64,000 nt of DNA, from NCBI GenBank assembly GCA_001949185.1, contig BDGG01000006.1, forward strand, positions 1,656,827-1,720,826. Direction: 5' to 3'. The stretch comes from Ramazzottius varieornatus. Its lineage: Eukaryota > Animalia > Tardigrada. A model generated the notes under the pieces. The model was not told the origin of the DNA. It did not search any database and saw nothing but the letters and a program-made list of their open reading frames with translations. Both the position numbers and the translations under genes were made by a program. Positions 25,359 through 39,256 of this stretch are shown one piece after another (position 1 is the stretch's first letter; the number at the start of each line of letters is the position of its first letter).

Positions 25359-26082
25359 TGACGGACTGGTCAAAGTTTTATGATCAACTCACCGTGCCGC
25401 TGCCATCGCTTTCACTTGGCTACAAATTTGTCCTAAAGTACGGCCAACCTGTGAGTCTGCCGGCTGGTGAGGTCGGCTTCTTACGATTACCTACACCGTC
25501 TGTGCAGTCTTGGTGTCCTTTCCACTAGCCTTCAAGCTCGGGTCCTTGCTCCTGGCTACGGCCATTATCCAGAGGTACCTCCGACTACAGTTCCAGGAAC
25601 TGTCTGTCGAACCATTTGAGTTACTGCTGCAAGGCTTGAACAATACCACCGCAACCTCGTCTGGTGATGTTGTCACGTCGAGTTTGATTGCATCAACTGT
25701 TCCGGACAGCTCCACCTGGGAGAAAGCGTGGAATGTCTTCATCAAGACCTATGGTCCCTACGTTGATTACTGCATGGTCTTGTGCGGGCTGTCTGAACTG
25801 ATGACTTTGGGATATAGAACGTGGAAAAAAGGATGCGAAATTCCAGCTTACAGGGCACCAAACATGGCCACCAAAGCGCGAGTCATCCATGCTATTGCTA
25901 TTTGTTTGAACGCCATGGACTGGTACGAAGTAGCCACGTCAACCGACACCGGTGGCGCGTCGATTACTAGTGATTTAGAAGCTTTTGATGGAGGATCGTT
26001 CGTGAACCTTCGTATGATTGGTGAGTCGTACGCTGAAAAAGCACCGTATATATTTTGTATAAGTTTGCCAACACAGCAATAG
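25359..26082 (+). CDS. Orphan protein with hydrophobic segments (probable first exon ~25359-25466, main exon 25508-26082)
   Basis: A 190-codon ORF with coding-like composition and an upstream ATG exon with GTGAG donors. No recognised domain. Confidence 0.4.
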
Positions 26083-28973
26083 GAGCTTTTAGAACGTCAT
26101 TTTTTTACAGAAGTCATACTTTTCCTTTCCTGTGTTGGAGCGTCATCGATGCGGAAGAACCTACTGGCGGGACGTGGGACTTACAACAAGCTCATGCGCA
26201 AATTTCAGAAAGGGGCTTCAGCAACCTGAGCGTCTGAGTTTGTCGCGGATTCAACGCGCGTTTTTGACTTCGTTGTCTGTCAGTTGAAGTACAAACTTTT
26301 GTCTTCGCTGTGTTAAGATCTCATGATCATGCTTTATATAACATACAGTAATATAGGAGAACGTTCCAACTCAGAAGAGGACTGACGTAATCAATTTGGA
26401 ACTTCGGACGACTTTATGAGTCCTCTTGTGGCATAAGACAGCGCCCTCTGCTGTTGGGAGAACTCAAGCTGGACAAACCACGTTCATTAATTTCCAGGAA
26501 ACTGATATTTACGGGGACTGAAGTCTGTGCGCTCCAGTATACACTATGAGAAGATCTTTAAGATTAAGTATGTTGACACAGCAGTCCAACGTCTCACGTG
26601 CCCACCTAGATCTCGTGCGTAAATACAGCAACAAGACAATGAGGTAGTACAATGTGCACGATCAACGTTCGAGTTGAGCTTGGGGTTCTATTACCGGTGG
26701 TTGTACGTAAACCTGACGTGGAATGCCCAGAAAGGAACAGTGCTGTTTAAACAGTTCATGGAACAGCGGGTGTCGTTCTCGGGATGCCTTTCCAGTATAA
26801 CGCCGCCCTTTTGCGCGTTAACAACTTACTAAGTGCGTTAATGAGGATATTCGGAAGCGTGAGACGCCAGTCGTGATACCAGTGCCCGCGGTCGTGTAGC
26901 AGCAAAACCGACAAGGCTCGTTAAGATACCGGACTTCGTTGAACGGCGTTAGCAACACGTTGGATATTTGCGTAATTTACCCTACGTATGTCGCGATGGA
27001 CACTCAAAATGCTGAAATGTACACGACTCGCGAACCAGAATGCCATTTGTGAGAACCCACACATTGCTGGCTTGCTCAGCGTATGAAGCAAACGTGTACT
27101 GGACGCGGGAGTGCACGCTTGCTTAGCCGTATGCGCAACGTCCGAAGCCCTCTTTTATTGATAGCACGTGTATTTATACATCGAATGAATAACAGAACTA
27201 AATATAATATAAAGCAGGGAGGGTGGGATGGTAAAACTTGCATAGAGGGACTTGCTTTGGGAGCAACGTTCACTGCGCGAGCAAAAGGCGAGAATGAGAA
27301 ATGAATACCGGCGAGCGCTGAGCTGGCATGATGGACGCTGGTCACTGTTGGCAGAAGAGAGAAGCGCGATCAGGTGCTCGCCGGTTGAAGAGAGAGGCCT
27401 TTTGCACGCCGCCCATTTACCTTTTCTAAAATAATCATTCTAACATTGTTAATCATCTATAATTGCATCTACAAGCATGGGACTCGCCGTCGGCTCGCTC
27501 GTTGATGAGGGGATTCTAAGTGGTCAAGAGTTGGATTCTAATTGCGCTTATCATAAGGGCGGAACGCGAGCAGTGACGAGCACTCTGGCTATACGCCCTT
27601 TCACATGTCCGAAAATCACTCGCCGAGACTTCTGCCCATGTCAGTACACGTGGGTTTCGCGCATCAAGACAGAATTCTTTCTCGTAACTGAGTAGGCTTT
27701 GGTCAACCTTCCCAGACGTCCCTTTCAAATATCAAACCTCGTTGAGTTTGGGAAACAAAATTCAATTCAGGACGCAATTTCTGTTGACTCGAAATATCGA
27801 TACTGTACAACGTCCTCTGAGTGACATTGCCCAGAAATGCAATTATACATTGCGTAGCTTATGCAACCGGGAAAGATTTCTACAAAAAACGAGAGCTGCG
27901 GATCGTTCCTCTGCATGTACCGGCAGTGCAAATGCCCAAAAGAGCTAAACCGGCATCGTTCCCCCCCCCCCCGAGCTGATCGAGTACGCGAACCTTTTCT
28001 GAATTAAAACTGTTCCTACAACTCGGTGACCTGATGGTAAGACAGAATACACGTTTTGATAAGACAGAGGTAAGATAAAATAAATGATGCTTTTGACTTC
28101 ATCCCGTTCCTTTCGTCCCTTCTTTTGCACGTGACTTTGTAATCCACACGATTATATTTCAAACAGGGAAAGGATGTCATACCTTTCTAGCCATGATGAG
28201 AATAACGAGATAATTATTGTATGTCGACCAAACGTTAACGACACGACAGCCGGGTTCGTCGAATATGTGTACGGAGAGTTATTCACGACACCTACCTTCG
28301 CATTCCGCAGTGACGCCAGTCACTTGGGCCATGTGGAAATGCCAGTCGGCTGCAGGCATGGCTCGTTGAGCTGGCTTACTGCAAGAACGGTTCACATGTA
28401 GGGTTTCTACGTACAGTACAGTATACCGGTAGCTAATGGCAAGATGCCGTTGCGTCTTTTGTTGAGGCCGCTGCCCTTGATGTTTTAATTATCACGATGG
28501 CTGGTAACTGGATCATTCCTTTCTCCAACCTGTGTTGAAGACCCCACATCCGCCAAGATCTCCCACATACTGTGGTCTAGATGTCAGTGGATGATCCGTA
28601 CTGCATTCTTCCAGGGTGACAATGCCCGCGAGGAAGGCAAAGAGCATCGTCGGTCGGGTGCTGGCCACGGTGAGTGGCCTCACATGCACATCTGAGTCCT
28701 GGAGAAAAACTAATGAGGCACATGCTAGCGTGCCCAGGTCATAACGAGAGGAAGATGGTGTCCATACATCGCTGGACAAATTGAGGGACGTTCATCATCA
28801 TCTCGCCAAGCAAGAGCTGGAATATGCGGAAGCAACATGAAAGGTGCTCTATTATATCTTTCAAGAAACAGGATACCGTATACGTACGCCTCTAGCCAGC
28901 GCGTAGGTTGACAGCCTTGCCTGGGCATGCCTACCCCTACAAGCATGATGTGATGGGATAACTGCAAAGGCGC

Positions 28974-29009
28974 AAAGGAAGGAAGAAAGGCAGGAAGGAA
29001 AGAAGGAAG
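28974..29009 (+). repeat. Degenerate (AAGG)n microsatellite
   Basis: aaaggaaggaagaaaggcaggaaggaaagaaggaag. Confidence 0.7.
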
Positions 29010-31643
29010 CCGGGCTGCAGGGTTTCCTGCATGCTGTGTCATCATGATCATGAGAGCGCCTCAGCAGCTAATGAGATTTTCGTATAAAGGTAATTTCCAT
29101 TTCACGTGCACTATCTTCTCATGCTAAATTGTTTTCTAAGAACATTAGCGTATTCTTCTACAGGTTCCTGGGCATCGTGTCAATCCACGCGAAGCTCCGC
29201 GCAAAGATTTCCCACGTTACATTCAGTTGGACACGATACAGTTCAATTTACTCAACTACTGTATATATAAACGAAAGCGAATGCGATGGGGATCTCCTTT
29301 GCTTTATTCAAAAAAATAAATTTTTCTACAAAAGACCACAATGAAACAGGAGACTAAATCAAAATCAACAAGTTACGTGGACACGGTTCTTCCCTTCCTA
29401 AGATTCAAAACGTAAAATATTTCTTCGAGTCCTTTAGTCTCCTTCGCACTACCAATGCGAAGGAGACTAAATGCGATGGGATACACGGACGTTGCACTTG
29501 TCTGATCTGTGATATAAGATATTCCCGAAAACGCGGAAGGGATTTCGTTCGGAACTGGAAAGTCATAGGAACATAGTATGGTACAGGTGAATCGGTACCA
29601 GCGAAATAACTGAAATCAGGTTTACGGAAAGCCATGGTGGCCGGGTTCTTCCGGGAGATTCTCATCCTGTAGCCAAGTTAGCGTTAAAACGAGACACCGG
29701 CATGGAAGCTGCGCTTTTTCCATCGCGTACAGTCTCTTTCTCTCCCTCACCTGTCTCGCTGCCTTTGACTCCAGGAACCGTCCAACGCGCTGTACGACGT
29801 CGGTACGACGCAGGCGTTCGTACGATGATGCAGTGAGCTGCGCTCCAGCCCGCTGCACTGGAAGGTGGAGTTTCAAGGCTGACTACGAGTCTACGACAGA
29901 AGAGTCGCATTCGACGTTACGGGCCTGCTCAGTACGAAAGACAAAAGGCTGCATGTCTAGTGTGTAGAGTACTCCGTACAAACCTGGTCGGGTTCGCCAA
30001 AAAGATCGATCGCGTCTGTTTGGTGTCTCTGTGGCGCCGTCAGTGTGTGAGGGTGAGTGTATGGATGTGCAGAGCACAGCGTGCTGTTACGCAAAGATGT
30101 TGTAGCCAAGGCCTTGATCCTCGCCGTCTGTTTTGTCAGAGACCCACGAGCTGGCTGTTACTGCGTGCGCGGCTATATAGTTGAAAGCCACGTAGCGTGT
30201 TGACGGTATTACGTCGTCGTCGATCGAGCCGCTCGTGCATCATCCTCTTCTCTCTCTCTCTTTGACCAATGCACCACGTGCAGGTGTTTTTGCAAGCTTT
30301 CTTCTGCTTGAAAGTTGCATGTGATTGCAGGCTGACTGCAAGCTGCAATCACCATCCCCGCGTAGAGGAGCTTCCGCCCGAGCGATTGAGCAGGTCGGTA
30401 CAATTTATTTTCGAATATCTCTTGCAACAATGCAGATAAATGACTTTTTGAGCGATGACTTCCATGCATCAAGCGTTGCATGTGCGAAGTTTGTTGGGGA
30501 TTTTGCAAGTGATGACTCTATATTGCGTAATACACCACTGTGAGCTCCCACTTGGTGCTTTCTGGATCCGTGCATTGCTTGGCACTGCAAGCCCTGGCTT
30601 CTTGTGTCAACAGCTAGCAGTCAATTAGATATAGACAGCTATAGCTGCTTTACAGCCATGTGCCGGCCGGACTTATGCAACATGTATCCCTATAGCGCTA
30701 ATTGTGCGAGCCAGCTTCTTCGAGTAAAGCCGTCTTTCCGCGAATCTCTTCCAGAAGAGCGCGCTGAACTTCGGTGGAAGAAAATCTCAAAAAAGCCTCA
30801 TTAAGTGCTTAGAAGGACCTCTTGATTATGGGAGTAAAACACTGTGCAAAACACTAACTTGAATGGATTCATCTTTCTACGCCGGTTAATCAAACATTTC
30901 GCTTATTCGATACGAAGAAAAGTTTGCCGCGCTGTTCCGAATTCCAGAAATGCCTACTTAATGTCGAATACGCCTACATGTAAGGACCGTGAAAAGTCTC
31001 ATGTCTTGTTTTCTAAAGTCGCATCCTTAAAATCAGAACAGATTTCCGAGCTGGTAAAGGAAGTGCGGTGGAGTTTGATAGCGAAAGCAACGAACTCTTG
31101 CACGCTTCCATAGCGTTCACCTTACATTGCCGGACAGTAAATTTGGATCCATTTTCGGCCTGCATTTTGAGTATTTCTCCCAATAACTAAGTTTTGCAGT
31201 AACTAGAACTGACTTTTTGCGTGGCTGACCTTTCTTCGACCCTCTCGGTAATGCAAGCTTGCAGCTAGAATTTAATGGTCTCAAGGTTTCCGACTTTAGG
31301 CAGATTACGAGTCTGCAAATTTCGTTCAAGAAATTAGCATTGGAGTTGCAACACTTCGCTTAATTTGGGTATAACTAGGGTTACTCCTACAAACCAAGCA
31401 AGCAAAATGGCGGAAGACAAAGTTGCATAACCTGGCTGAGATCTTCCGTATGACCTTATGTAATACATCGTGGTCCCAACGTATTCGGCGTACCCTAGTG
31501 AGTGTATCAAACGTTTAGATTCCTTAACGTAGAGACCGTCCCGTAATTTGCACTCTCTCGGAAAACCAATTTTCACTTTTCTTCTGTCGGTTGAACTCTG
31601 AATATTCTGTCTCCAGCAAGATGTATGATAGTTCGTTGTGATA

Positions 31644-32384
31644 CAGCCTGAGGCGGCCAAGTGACTACCATTTGAACAAAGCGCTATGGAAAAAACAGTT
31701 TACGTCTTATCGTCCACTCCTTCACAATTTTCAAAGAACTTTTCAAGCTGTTTCCACTGAGATAAGGAAGATTCACATCGGTTGAGAAATGGTCTGGGAA
31801 AGTTGATCGGCATGACTTCCGGTGGGGAAGATACCTTTTCATGACGAAAACCTTACTTCTAAAATTTCGTATTCGGTTATGAAGCCCCAACTTGATCTTA
31901 ACGCATGTAAGACTGCCTAGCTTGTCATTTAAAACCAAAAAATATCATGAAATAGCCAAACCAACTTGGAAAGTAAATTAAAACTGTTGAATTTGGCCGT
32001 TTTGCCGGGAAATCGCTCTTTGAGGCAAAAATTGTTGCTCTTGCCCCAAACGGTAGATTTATGCTTTCGACCATCTCTCAAGTAGCCAAGTTCCTGTCCT
32101 ATTTATTCTGAGTAAGATCACCGCAGGCCGTCAACTGAAAACTGAGAAACAAATTTCGAGAATGGACTCCGAAAACTACGAAAGTTGGTTGCAGTTTCCA
32201 CTTTTCACCATGCCTGATTTCACGCCGATTTCGACTTCTGCTGAGCAGACTTCTGACCAGTCAGTTCTAGGGAGGTTGGAAAAAGAACTCTAAACCGAAG
32301 AAAATTAGTTTCGAAGTTGAACAAAAACCCCGGTCGAGCATGCGCTAATTTTATAGGTGGTAGTCACTTGGCCGCCTCGGGCTG
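31644..32384. mobile_element. Tc1/mariner-type non-autonomous element (741 bp)
   Basis: 27-bp TIRs CAGCCTGAGGCGGCCAAGTGACTACCA / TGGTAGTCACTTGGCCGCCTCGGGCTG with one mismatch; TA on both flanks. Confidence 0.9.
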
Positions 32385-35300
32385 TACGTATTTTGGCCGA
32401 AATTCTGGAATTGAAAAATTCCACTGGCGACTTTGCGCTTGCGCACGAAACCGCGCATTTGTAGCTTGACTTTTTTATTGATCATAACCTGAACTGTGCC
32501 AAATATTAGATAAATCTCGCGCGCAGTAGAACTGACATCATCGCAGAAATTTTCATCGACTTTTCCGTTTGCCTAAAGGACTGACGGTAGAGCCGGTGTC
32601 CATTGCTCCAATTCAGTACCATGACACACTGCATTAAAACCGATACTACTGTAGTCCGCGCACATATCGTGCCAAGTTGCGGACTCCACGTATACGACGC
32701 TCGCTTTTCCACAACTTCGTGATTAAACTAGATTGATAGATGACCAGTTTCATCGAAGATTCTCCTTCAGGCAGCTCATAGTTGGTTAAATCTGCAGATC
32801 GCAATATCGGTGACATTTTGCAATGATGTCGGCTCGTTACTCAAGGTCCGTCAAAATAATGCTTTCTGAATGCTTTCTGTATGAAAAACTTCTCCATTTC
32901 TCGCCGACCGCTTCCGAGAGTTGGTTTTCGATACACCTCGGAGCTCTCGATCTGGTGATACCAACTGCCGGTACGAGCGCAGTCGGTACAAGTTATATAG
33001 GTCTACCGTGTTCGCCGGTTTTGTGTCCTTTTTGAAAATTGTGGAAATATCAGTAATGTGGAAATTTTGGAAATATCAGGTCTGTAAGTATGACTTCGCA
33101 ATTTGTGACAGAGGACTTTAAATATATTTTCTCACTTCGTGGACAGCCTTGCAAAACCTGAGCTCATGTTTTTTCCATGCAACAAACTCATGTAAATTGT
33201 TTAGGAGCAAAAGCTAGAGAGTACAATGAGAACAGGCAAAAACAAAAATGTCGGGAGCCGTGAGACTTAAAATTGAACCGGACATTTTCATATCAATAGA
33301 ATTTTTGCTGTGAAACCGGCACTTCGAATTTGAAGATGATAGGATGGTTCTGTAGTACTAAAGATGGCCTGTCAACTGCAGGAAATAAACTTTGAAAGAT
33401 ATGCTTTGTGAACTTCGGAAAAGAACTCTCGCGCAAAACGGGTTGGGATGTTGCAGCTGTGAACGTGCGCCACTTTAAGGAGATGATTGCTTCCCGAATT
33501 TTCTCGGTGTCATTGCTCAACGGAAACGAGAGACAACGGTTGTAAGAGTTGCATCAGTGTATTTGTTATTCATAGTTGAAGTTTGAAAAATTTTGCTTCT
33601 GTCCGGCTTTCAGACTTAGTAGTTTTGTGTTGTCCGGTGGTAGCTTTTCGGAGCGTTTTCTCCCACCTGGCTACGTTAGGGAGGAGGCCGTTCCTCACAA
33701 AACTGAAATAATCATTCGTTACCGTCTTGGCCGAGGTTTCGTTAAGCGCAGCGTCCAAGTTTTTGGTGTGGCTGGAAGAAATAGAATTCCCGATGAAGGT
33801 GAAATTTGGAAAACATGCGATAAGACAACTAAGTTACAAATCCACACAGACCGCGGATCAGAGTTTTCAATACCTTGTGCAGAAGGGTGATGTTTCTACG
33901 GATGAAATGGGATTACCGTTATTTTCGCAAATCTAACAGTTCCCGTGAGATGTTTGGGAATGGTGTGGCAACCGAGTAGCATGGATGGGATATCATCCAA
34001 TTTCTGAGGATGTTCCGGGAACTCTTCCCGGATCCACGTGTAAGCGGCATCTGTAAGCGGGCCGGAAGCTGATCTACTTCCGGAAGCGCCCATATGGTTG
34101 TCAAACTTGTCTAAAGCATGGCGCCGGTCGTGTGAGTCATGTTCTGATTCTTTTTACTGTAAATGGCAGACAACTGTTAAGGTTGTCCCATAATTGAAAC
34201 TATGTTTGTCTGACGAAGTTATGGGCTTGTGTGGGTCGTTAAGTACTCGATGACTCAAACGCAGGTTGGGTTAACCCAAGAGCTAGGCGTCAACCGGATG
34301 TCTGAAGGCCTCTTACGCTACGCTGTATTCATTGTGAGGTGAATGAGCGAAGGAAAAATTTATCTGTGCATCAAAAGGTTCGTCCAAAATTTAATGGGCT
34401 TGTCAAATGTTCGAATGAATTATCTGAATAGGTTTTCGCACCTTTGTTTTGATTTGCTCGTGTAATGGTGGGACGGTCTGCAGTGACGTATCGGTGAGTC
34501 AATCTGTTGTACGTACGTGTCCGTAGGCTTTACAATATGAGTGATTTTAGTCATTGGTATTTTTCCTGCAGAATTTTTGAATTTTTATTGTTCTTGATTT
34601 CGCTCGGCACCCATGCTCAGCAGTTTCACCTCAAAAATGAATGTTCCGACAGCTTCCTGAGAGATTGTTCTGTGCACTTTGTATCCTTGTCAAGAGGAAA
34701 TGTGGGCATCAACGGAACAGGTGAGCCAGTTGAATTTGAAATTTTGAGTTGGGCTTATACTGGCGCAGTCTTACCGTCGTTCGGAGTGAAACTTTTGCCG
34801 TGACTGTGAGCGACAGTATCCTCATCCTGTGTGAAACTCGGATCAGGGATACTAGGTGCAATGCGTTTGAGTTTATGAGGAGGGGCAGCCGTCAAGGTCA
34901 AGGTTGTCGACAAGTCAATCGCTGATCGTCACGCTTCGTCATGTTGTTTTTTCCATGAAACATGACAACATAAACCACTTACAGCGGCGATCATACAGGG
35001 TTCGGGTTACATTCCACTCGTTTCACGAAGCTTGTCAACAGCTTTTCAGCTTTCCTAGATCCTCCCCACTACCAGCATAACTCCCTAGTGACTCTAGGCG
35101 ATGGACTTATTCCAGGAAGTGCACTTCTTTGAGAGGAGGCCAAAATTGAGGTGCATTCTAACGTAAGAATTTGATTGGTTTATAACCGTTTAACTTCGAT
35201 TGATCCACTGATTGATTGATTGATTTGGATACCATAAGCTGGTCAGGTTCGTTTGATGATCAAGACTTTGATTGTTTTAGCGGCCAGCATGTTGCTATCC

Positions 35301-35460
35301 GTTTGATTGTTGAATGCTTTTATGTGTTTATCGCTGTAATCGTTTCGGACTATGGTCGAGTCTAGTCTTCCGTGAGAGAGTCTAGTGTACATTGTCCCAG
35401 ATATGGCCAGGACAATGATGGGGGCCGTAGACCAAACGATGATTGTCATTATCTTTGCAG

Positions 35461-38400
35461 AAGTATACCAGCAGCAGAAGCAGCAGCAGCAGCAGCAGTT
35501 TCGAGCCCATCGTCGTGATGAAGCGCCAAGCTGCCAAAGCCAGTGGCGCAGAGGGTGAAGGAGAGACTGCATCGCGCCAACGGAAACCTCCCCTTCCTCC
35601 GAAGCCTACTCTGCCACCGCCACCTACTCCTCCGGCGGCTGCTGAACCACAACCATCGACGTCAAGAGGGACCGGAGGCCAAATGGAGGACCCTCTTCCG
35701 CCACATTCCGAATTGCAGAAGGTGAAGTGATCAAAGTGGCGCACGTTGTTGGTGCTGTTAGCTGAGATCGTGCGCCACTTGGAAAACGATCTTACCGAGT
35801 CTGTTTTCCTAGACCTTATACTCTATCCGTCGTTCTTCTGGGTTTGAGTGTTGTTGTGTTGTCTCTGTAGGCTCGAGAGAAGAAACCCAGTATTATCTCT
35901 GGCTCAACGGAGGCGTCGCAGGAGAGAATGGCCAGGAAAGTCATGATGACGCTTCCTCATGACACCAAAGCTAAAGCACCTACGGACAAAACGAGGAAAC
36001 CAATGCAACCCGATCGAGTAAGTGAAATTTAGCCTTGTTATTCGCTTTTTCTTTTGTTTAAGAGGCATGTTTTTTTCTTCAGGATATCTCGAAGGATATC
36101 TCGAGGTGCAAGGAAGAAAGCTCAACGCGTCTTGATCTCAGTAAATCGAACGTGTCGGTCATACCGCCTTCCATAAAAGAGGTACGTTCGTTCTGAAATG
36201 TGCTAAGTTGTTCGGTTCGTGATCGGGCTTTTGTGGTTGTAGTTGACTCAACTGACCGAGTTGTACCTATATCAGAACAAGATACTGACGCTACCGAACG
36301 AAATCGGTAGCTTGACGCACCTGCAGAAGCTGGCATTGTCGGAAAACTCGCTGAGTAATTTACCGCCATCATTAGAAAATATGCGGAACTTGAGCGTGTT
36401 GGACCTCAGACATAACAAACTTCAAGAGGTATGAACACGATATAATCTTCACAGAAATCGAAATCGAGAATTCTCTGATTGTTTTCTGAGTATTTCCGCA
36501 AGAAATGATTTTGGAATGGGCGAATTGTTTTTTTGTTTACAGATTCCCGATGTGATATACAGACTACATTCGCTGACGACTTTACATCTGCGGTACAACA
36601 AGATCAGATCTGTTAGTGAGGATATCAAGATGCTAACGGTGAGCAGTTCCTCATCTAGTTTTTTTATTCTTGAAGTTTTGAGTTTTCGGGGTTTCTTTCC
36701 AGAATTTAACGGTACTCAGCTTGCGGGAAAACAAAGTGAAGGTTTTACCGAAAGAAGTCTGCCAACTGGTCGGCTTGACATCCCTTGATGTTTCGTACAA
36801 CCAGCTCGAGTCGATCCCGGCGGAAGTTGGCAACCTTACCCAGCTGAACACGTTGGACTTACAACACAATGAGCTGGTCAGCATTCCATCTACCATTGGA
36901 AACCTCCGGGCGCTCGCTCGCCTCGGTCTAAGGTAAATTCGCGTGAATGAACCTGATTTTTCAAATTAAAAATTGACAGATTAAATCACGAAGCAGACAA
37001 AGTCGATCAGATCCTTTTCCCGAACGGCACACGCTGCTAACCAATGCCGTTAAAAAAGTGCGCCACTCGCGAAACCAGTTACGTCGAAGTTGTTCGCCAA
37101 GTTTCCGAATGAAAATAAATTGGAATAAATTTCGAGTGCAGTCAATTCGACCTTAAATTATTTCTCCTTTGTAGGTATAACAAACTAGCAGCCATTCCCG
37201 ATTCCATCAGAGAATGCGTCAACCTGGACGAGTTCAACATTGAAGCCAACAACATCACAACTCTGCCTGCCATCCTCTTGGCCAACCTGACGCAGCTAAA
37301 GAACATCACGCTCTCCAGGAATAAGTTTACCGAGTTTCCTGGAGGCGGACCTGCCCAGTTTTGTTCGGTCCAGGTACGTCTCCTGTTAGCTCTGAAACGC
37401 TCTTGATGTCGACAACTGAATTCCTCCAGAAAGATTTCCGAGGTGGCGCATGCAACGGCACAGAGAACGTGCGCCAGCGAAGACTCGATCTGTAATTCCA
37501 GGTGGCGCACGCTCTCAGCCATTAACACGAAAGCATGCGCCACTTAAGACGACAATCTGCCAAAGTCATTTGTCGACGTCTCAATTTGGAAGATTACTAA
37601 ATGCGCCTTTTTGACTTTATGGACTGTGAACATGGAGCACAACCAAGTAACCAAAATTCCTTTCGGCATTTTCTCCCAAGCACCGCACCTGACCAAACTC
37701 AACATGAAGGAGAACCAACTGCGAAGTCTTCCGCTTGGTGAGAGAAGTTCATTTCTTCGTTCGTGATATTCTGTTTGTTTATCACTGACGGTCTCTTCTG
37801 GCGACTGTGATTTGCAGATATTTCAACGTGGACCAATGTGACAGAGTTAAATTTCGGTACGAACCAGCTGGCCATTCTGCCTGAAGATATCGGTGTGCTG
37901 GTCAACCTTGAAGTCCTCATTCTCAGCAACAACGCGCTCAATGTAAGACCTAAAACCCCTTCTGAAGACACTCCAGAAAGCTAGCTTTTTAGCTCGACCT
38001 TGACGAATATTTTCTCGTAGGTTCTACCATCAACTATCGGTCATCTGAAAAATCTCAGGGTACTAGATCTGGAAGAAAACAAGCTCGAACAGTTACCTTC
38101 AGAAATAGGTAGGTCCAGGTTGAAGTTTCCATGCTTCGGTCGCTCGAACGAAAACCAAAATTTTTCTGTTTCTTTTCAGGATACTTGAAAGAGCTTCGAC
38201 GTTTGATAGTCCAGTCGAACAGGCTAACCTCCCTCCCTCGTGCCATTGGTAATCTAGAAAATCTTACTTACATTGGTGCCGGGGAAAACCTTCTCACAAC
38301 ACTGCCATCAGAAATAGGTTGGCCAATCACTTCTCTCGCGAGTGCCGTACCGTCCCCGTCCACTGTGCGAACCAGATTTAAAATCCCGTATGATTATTAC

Positions 38401-38889
38401 GTATCTCTCTAGGATACCTGAGCAAACTGGAGAACATCCTCCTTAACGACAATCCATACCTACATGGGCTGCCCTTCGAACTGGCGCACTGCATCAGTCT
38501 GCAGATAATGAGCATTGAAAACTGCCCGCTGTCCCAAATTCCTCCGGAAATCGTAGCTGGAGGACCCTCGCTCGTGATACAGGTATGTTGTGAACCGTTG
38601 ATATCTCCTTCCGCAATTTGAACTTACAAAAGACTGGGAAAGGGACCCAGCTTGCATAAACCTGCATACTTATACACTGGCGAATATACAGCTCGGTGTA
38701 TGCAGGTTCGTGACAGATGGCGGCTTTTCGCTTCCCTATCCTTTATGATGATTCCAAGGTTGATTGCGATGATGACTGGAACTGCAGGATGTTTGGTATT
38801 GGATTGTGGCCATTTCCAATGCTGTTTTGTGGTTGCAGTACTTGAGAGTGCAAGCAGAACCCCGACCATCGTCACAAGGTCCTATCTGA
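35461..38889 (+). CDS. SHOC2: Leucine-rich repeat protein SHOC2/Sur-8 (Ras-MAPK scaffold), ~12 exons; start uncertain (ATG 35518 or an upstream exon)
   Basis: [84 protein letters not shown]; last exon YLRVQ..* at 38839-38889. Confidence 0.93.
35734..35780. repeat. GTGGCGCAC-N25 palindrome in a SHOC2 intron (further copies at 37025-37068 and 37440-37545)
   Basis: AAGTGGCGCAC-gttgttggtgctgttagctgagatc-GTGCGCCACTT followed by GGAAAACGATC. Confidence 0.85.
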
Positions 38890-39256
38890 GAGACTGACCA
38901 AACTTCTTTGATCCGATGCATCTTTTACACCAGTGTTACTACGACTGCTGTTCCTCTTTCCTTACTTGTCGTGATTTTTCATCGTCACAAATGCAAGAGA
39001 AAAGCTTACACTCTCCTTTTCTTTCGAATTTTGTAATTTTTACGTTGTCACCAGAGACGACAATCTAACTTCGTTCTTTAACAAACCTTCTCTTACATGT
39101 GAAGATTGATAGTTTGACCAAATGGATAGTTTTTGTTTGAGCTTTATACCTGAAGTAGTTTTTGGTTTGCACGACAATGCATAATTTTGAATTTTTACAG
39201 AGAAGGAATGGTCCGAACTGTGAGCGGAAAATGATACTTAAATAAAAACAATAAGT

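Noticed and set aside
26640-26661. let-7-like TGAGGTAGTA
   Set aside because: Only 10 nt match and there is no complementary arm to form a hairpin.
28437-28458. miR-31-like TGGCAAGATG
   Set aside because: Seed-only match; no convincing 3p arm.
33835-33870. IHTDRGSEF, resembling a retroviral integrase motif
   Set aside because: No other DDE residues, RT or LTRs nearby; probably chance.
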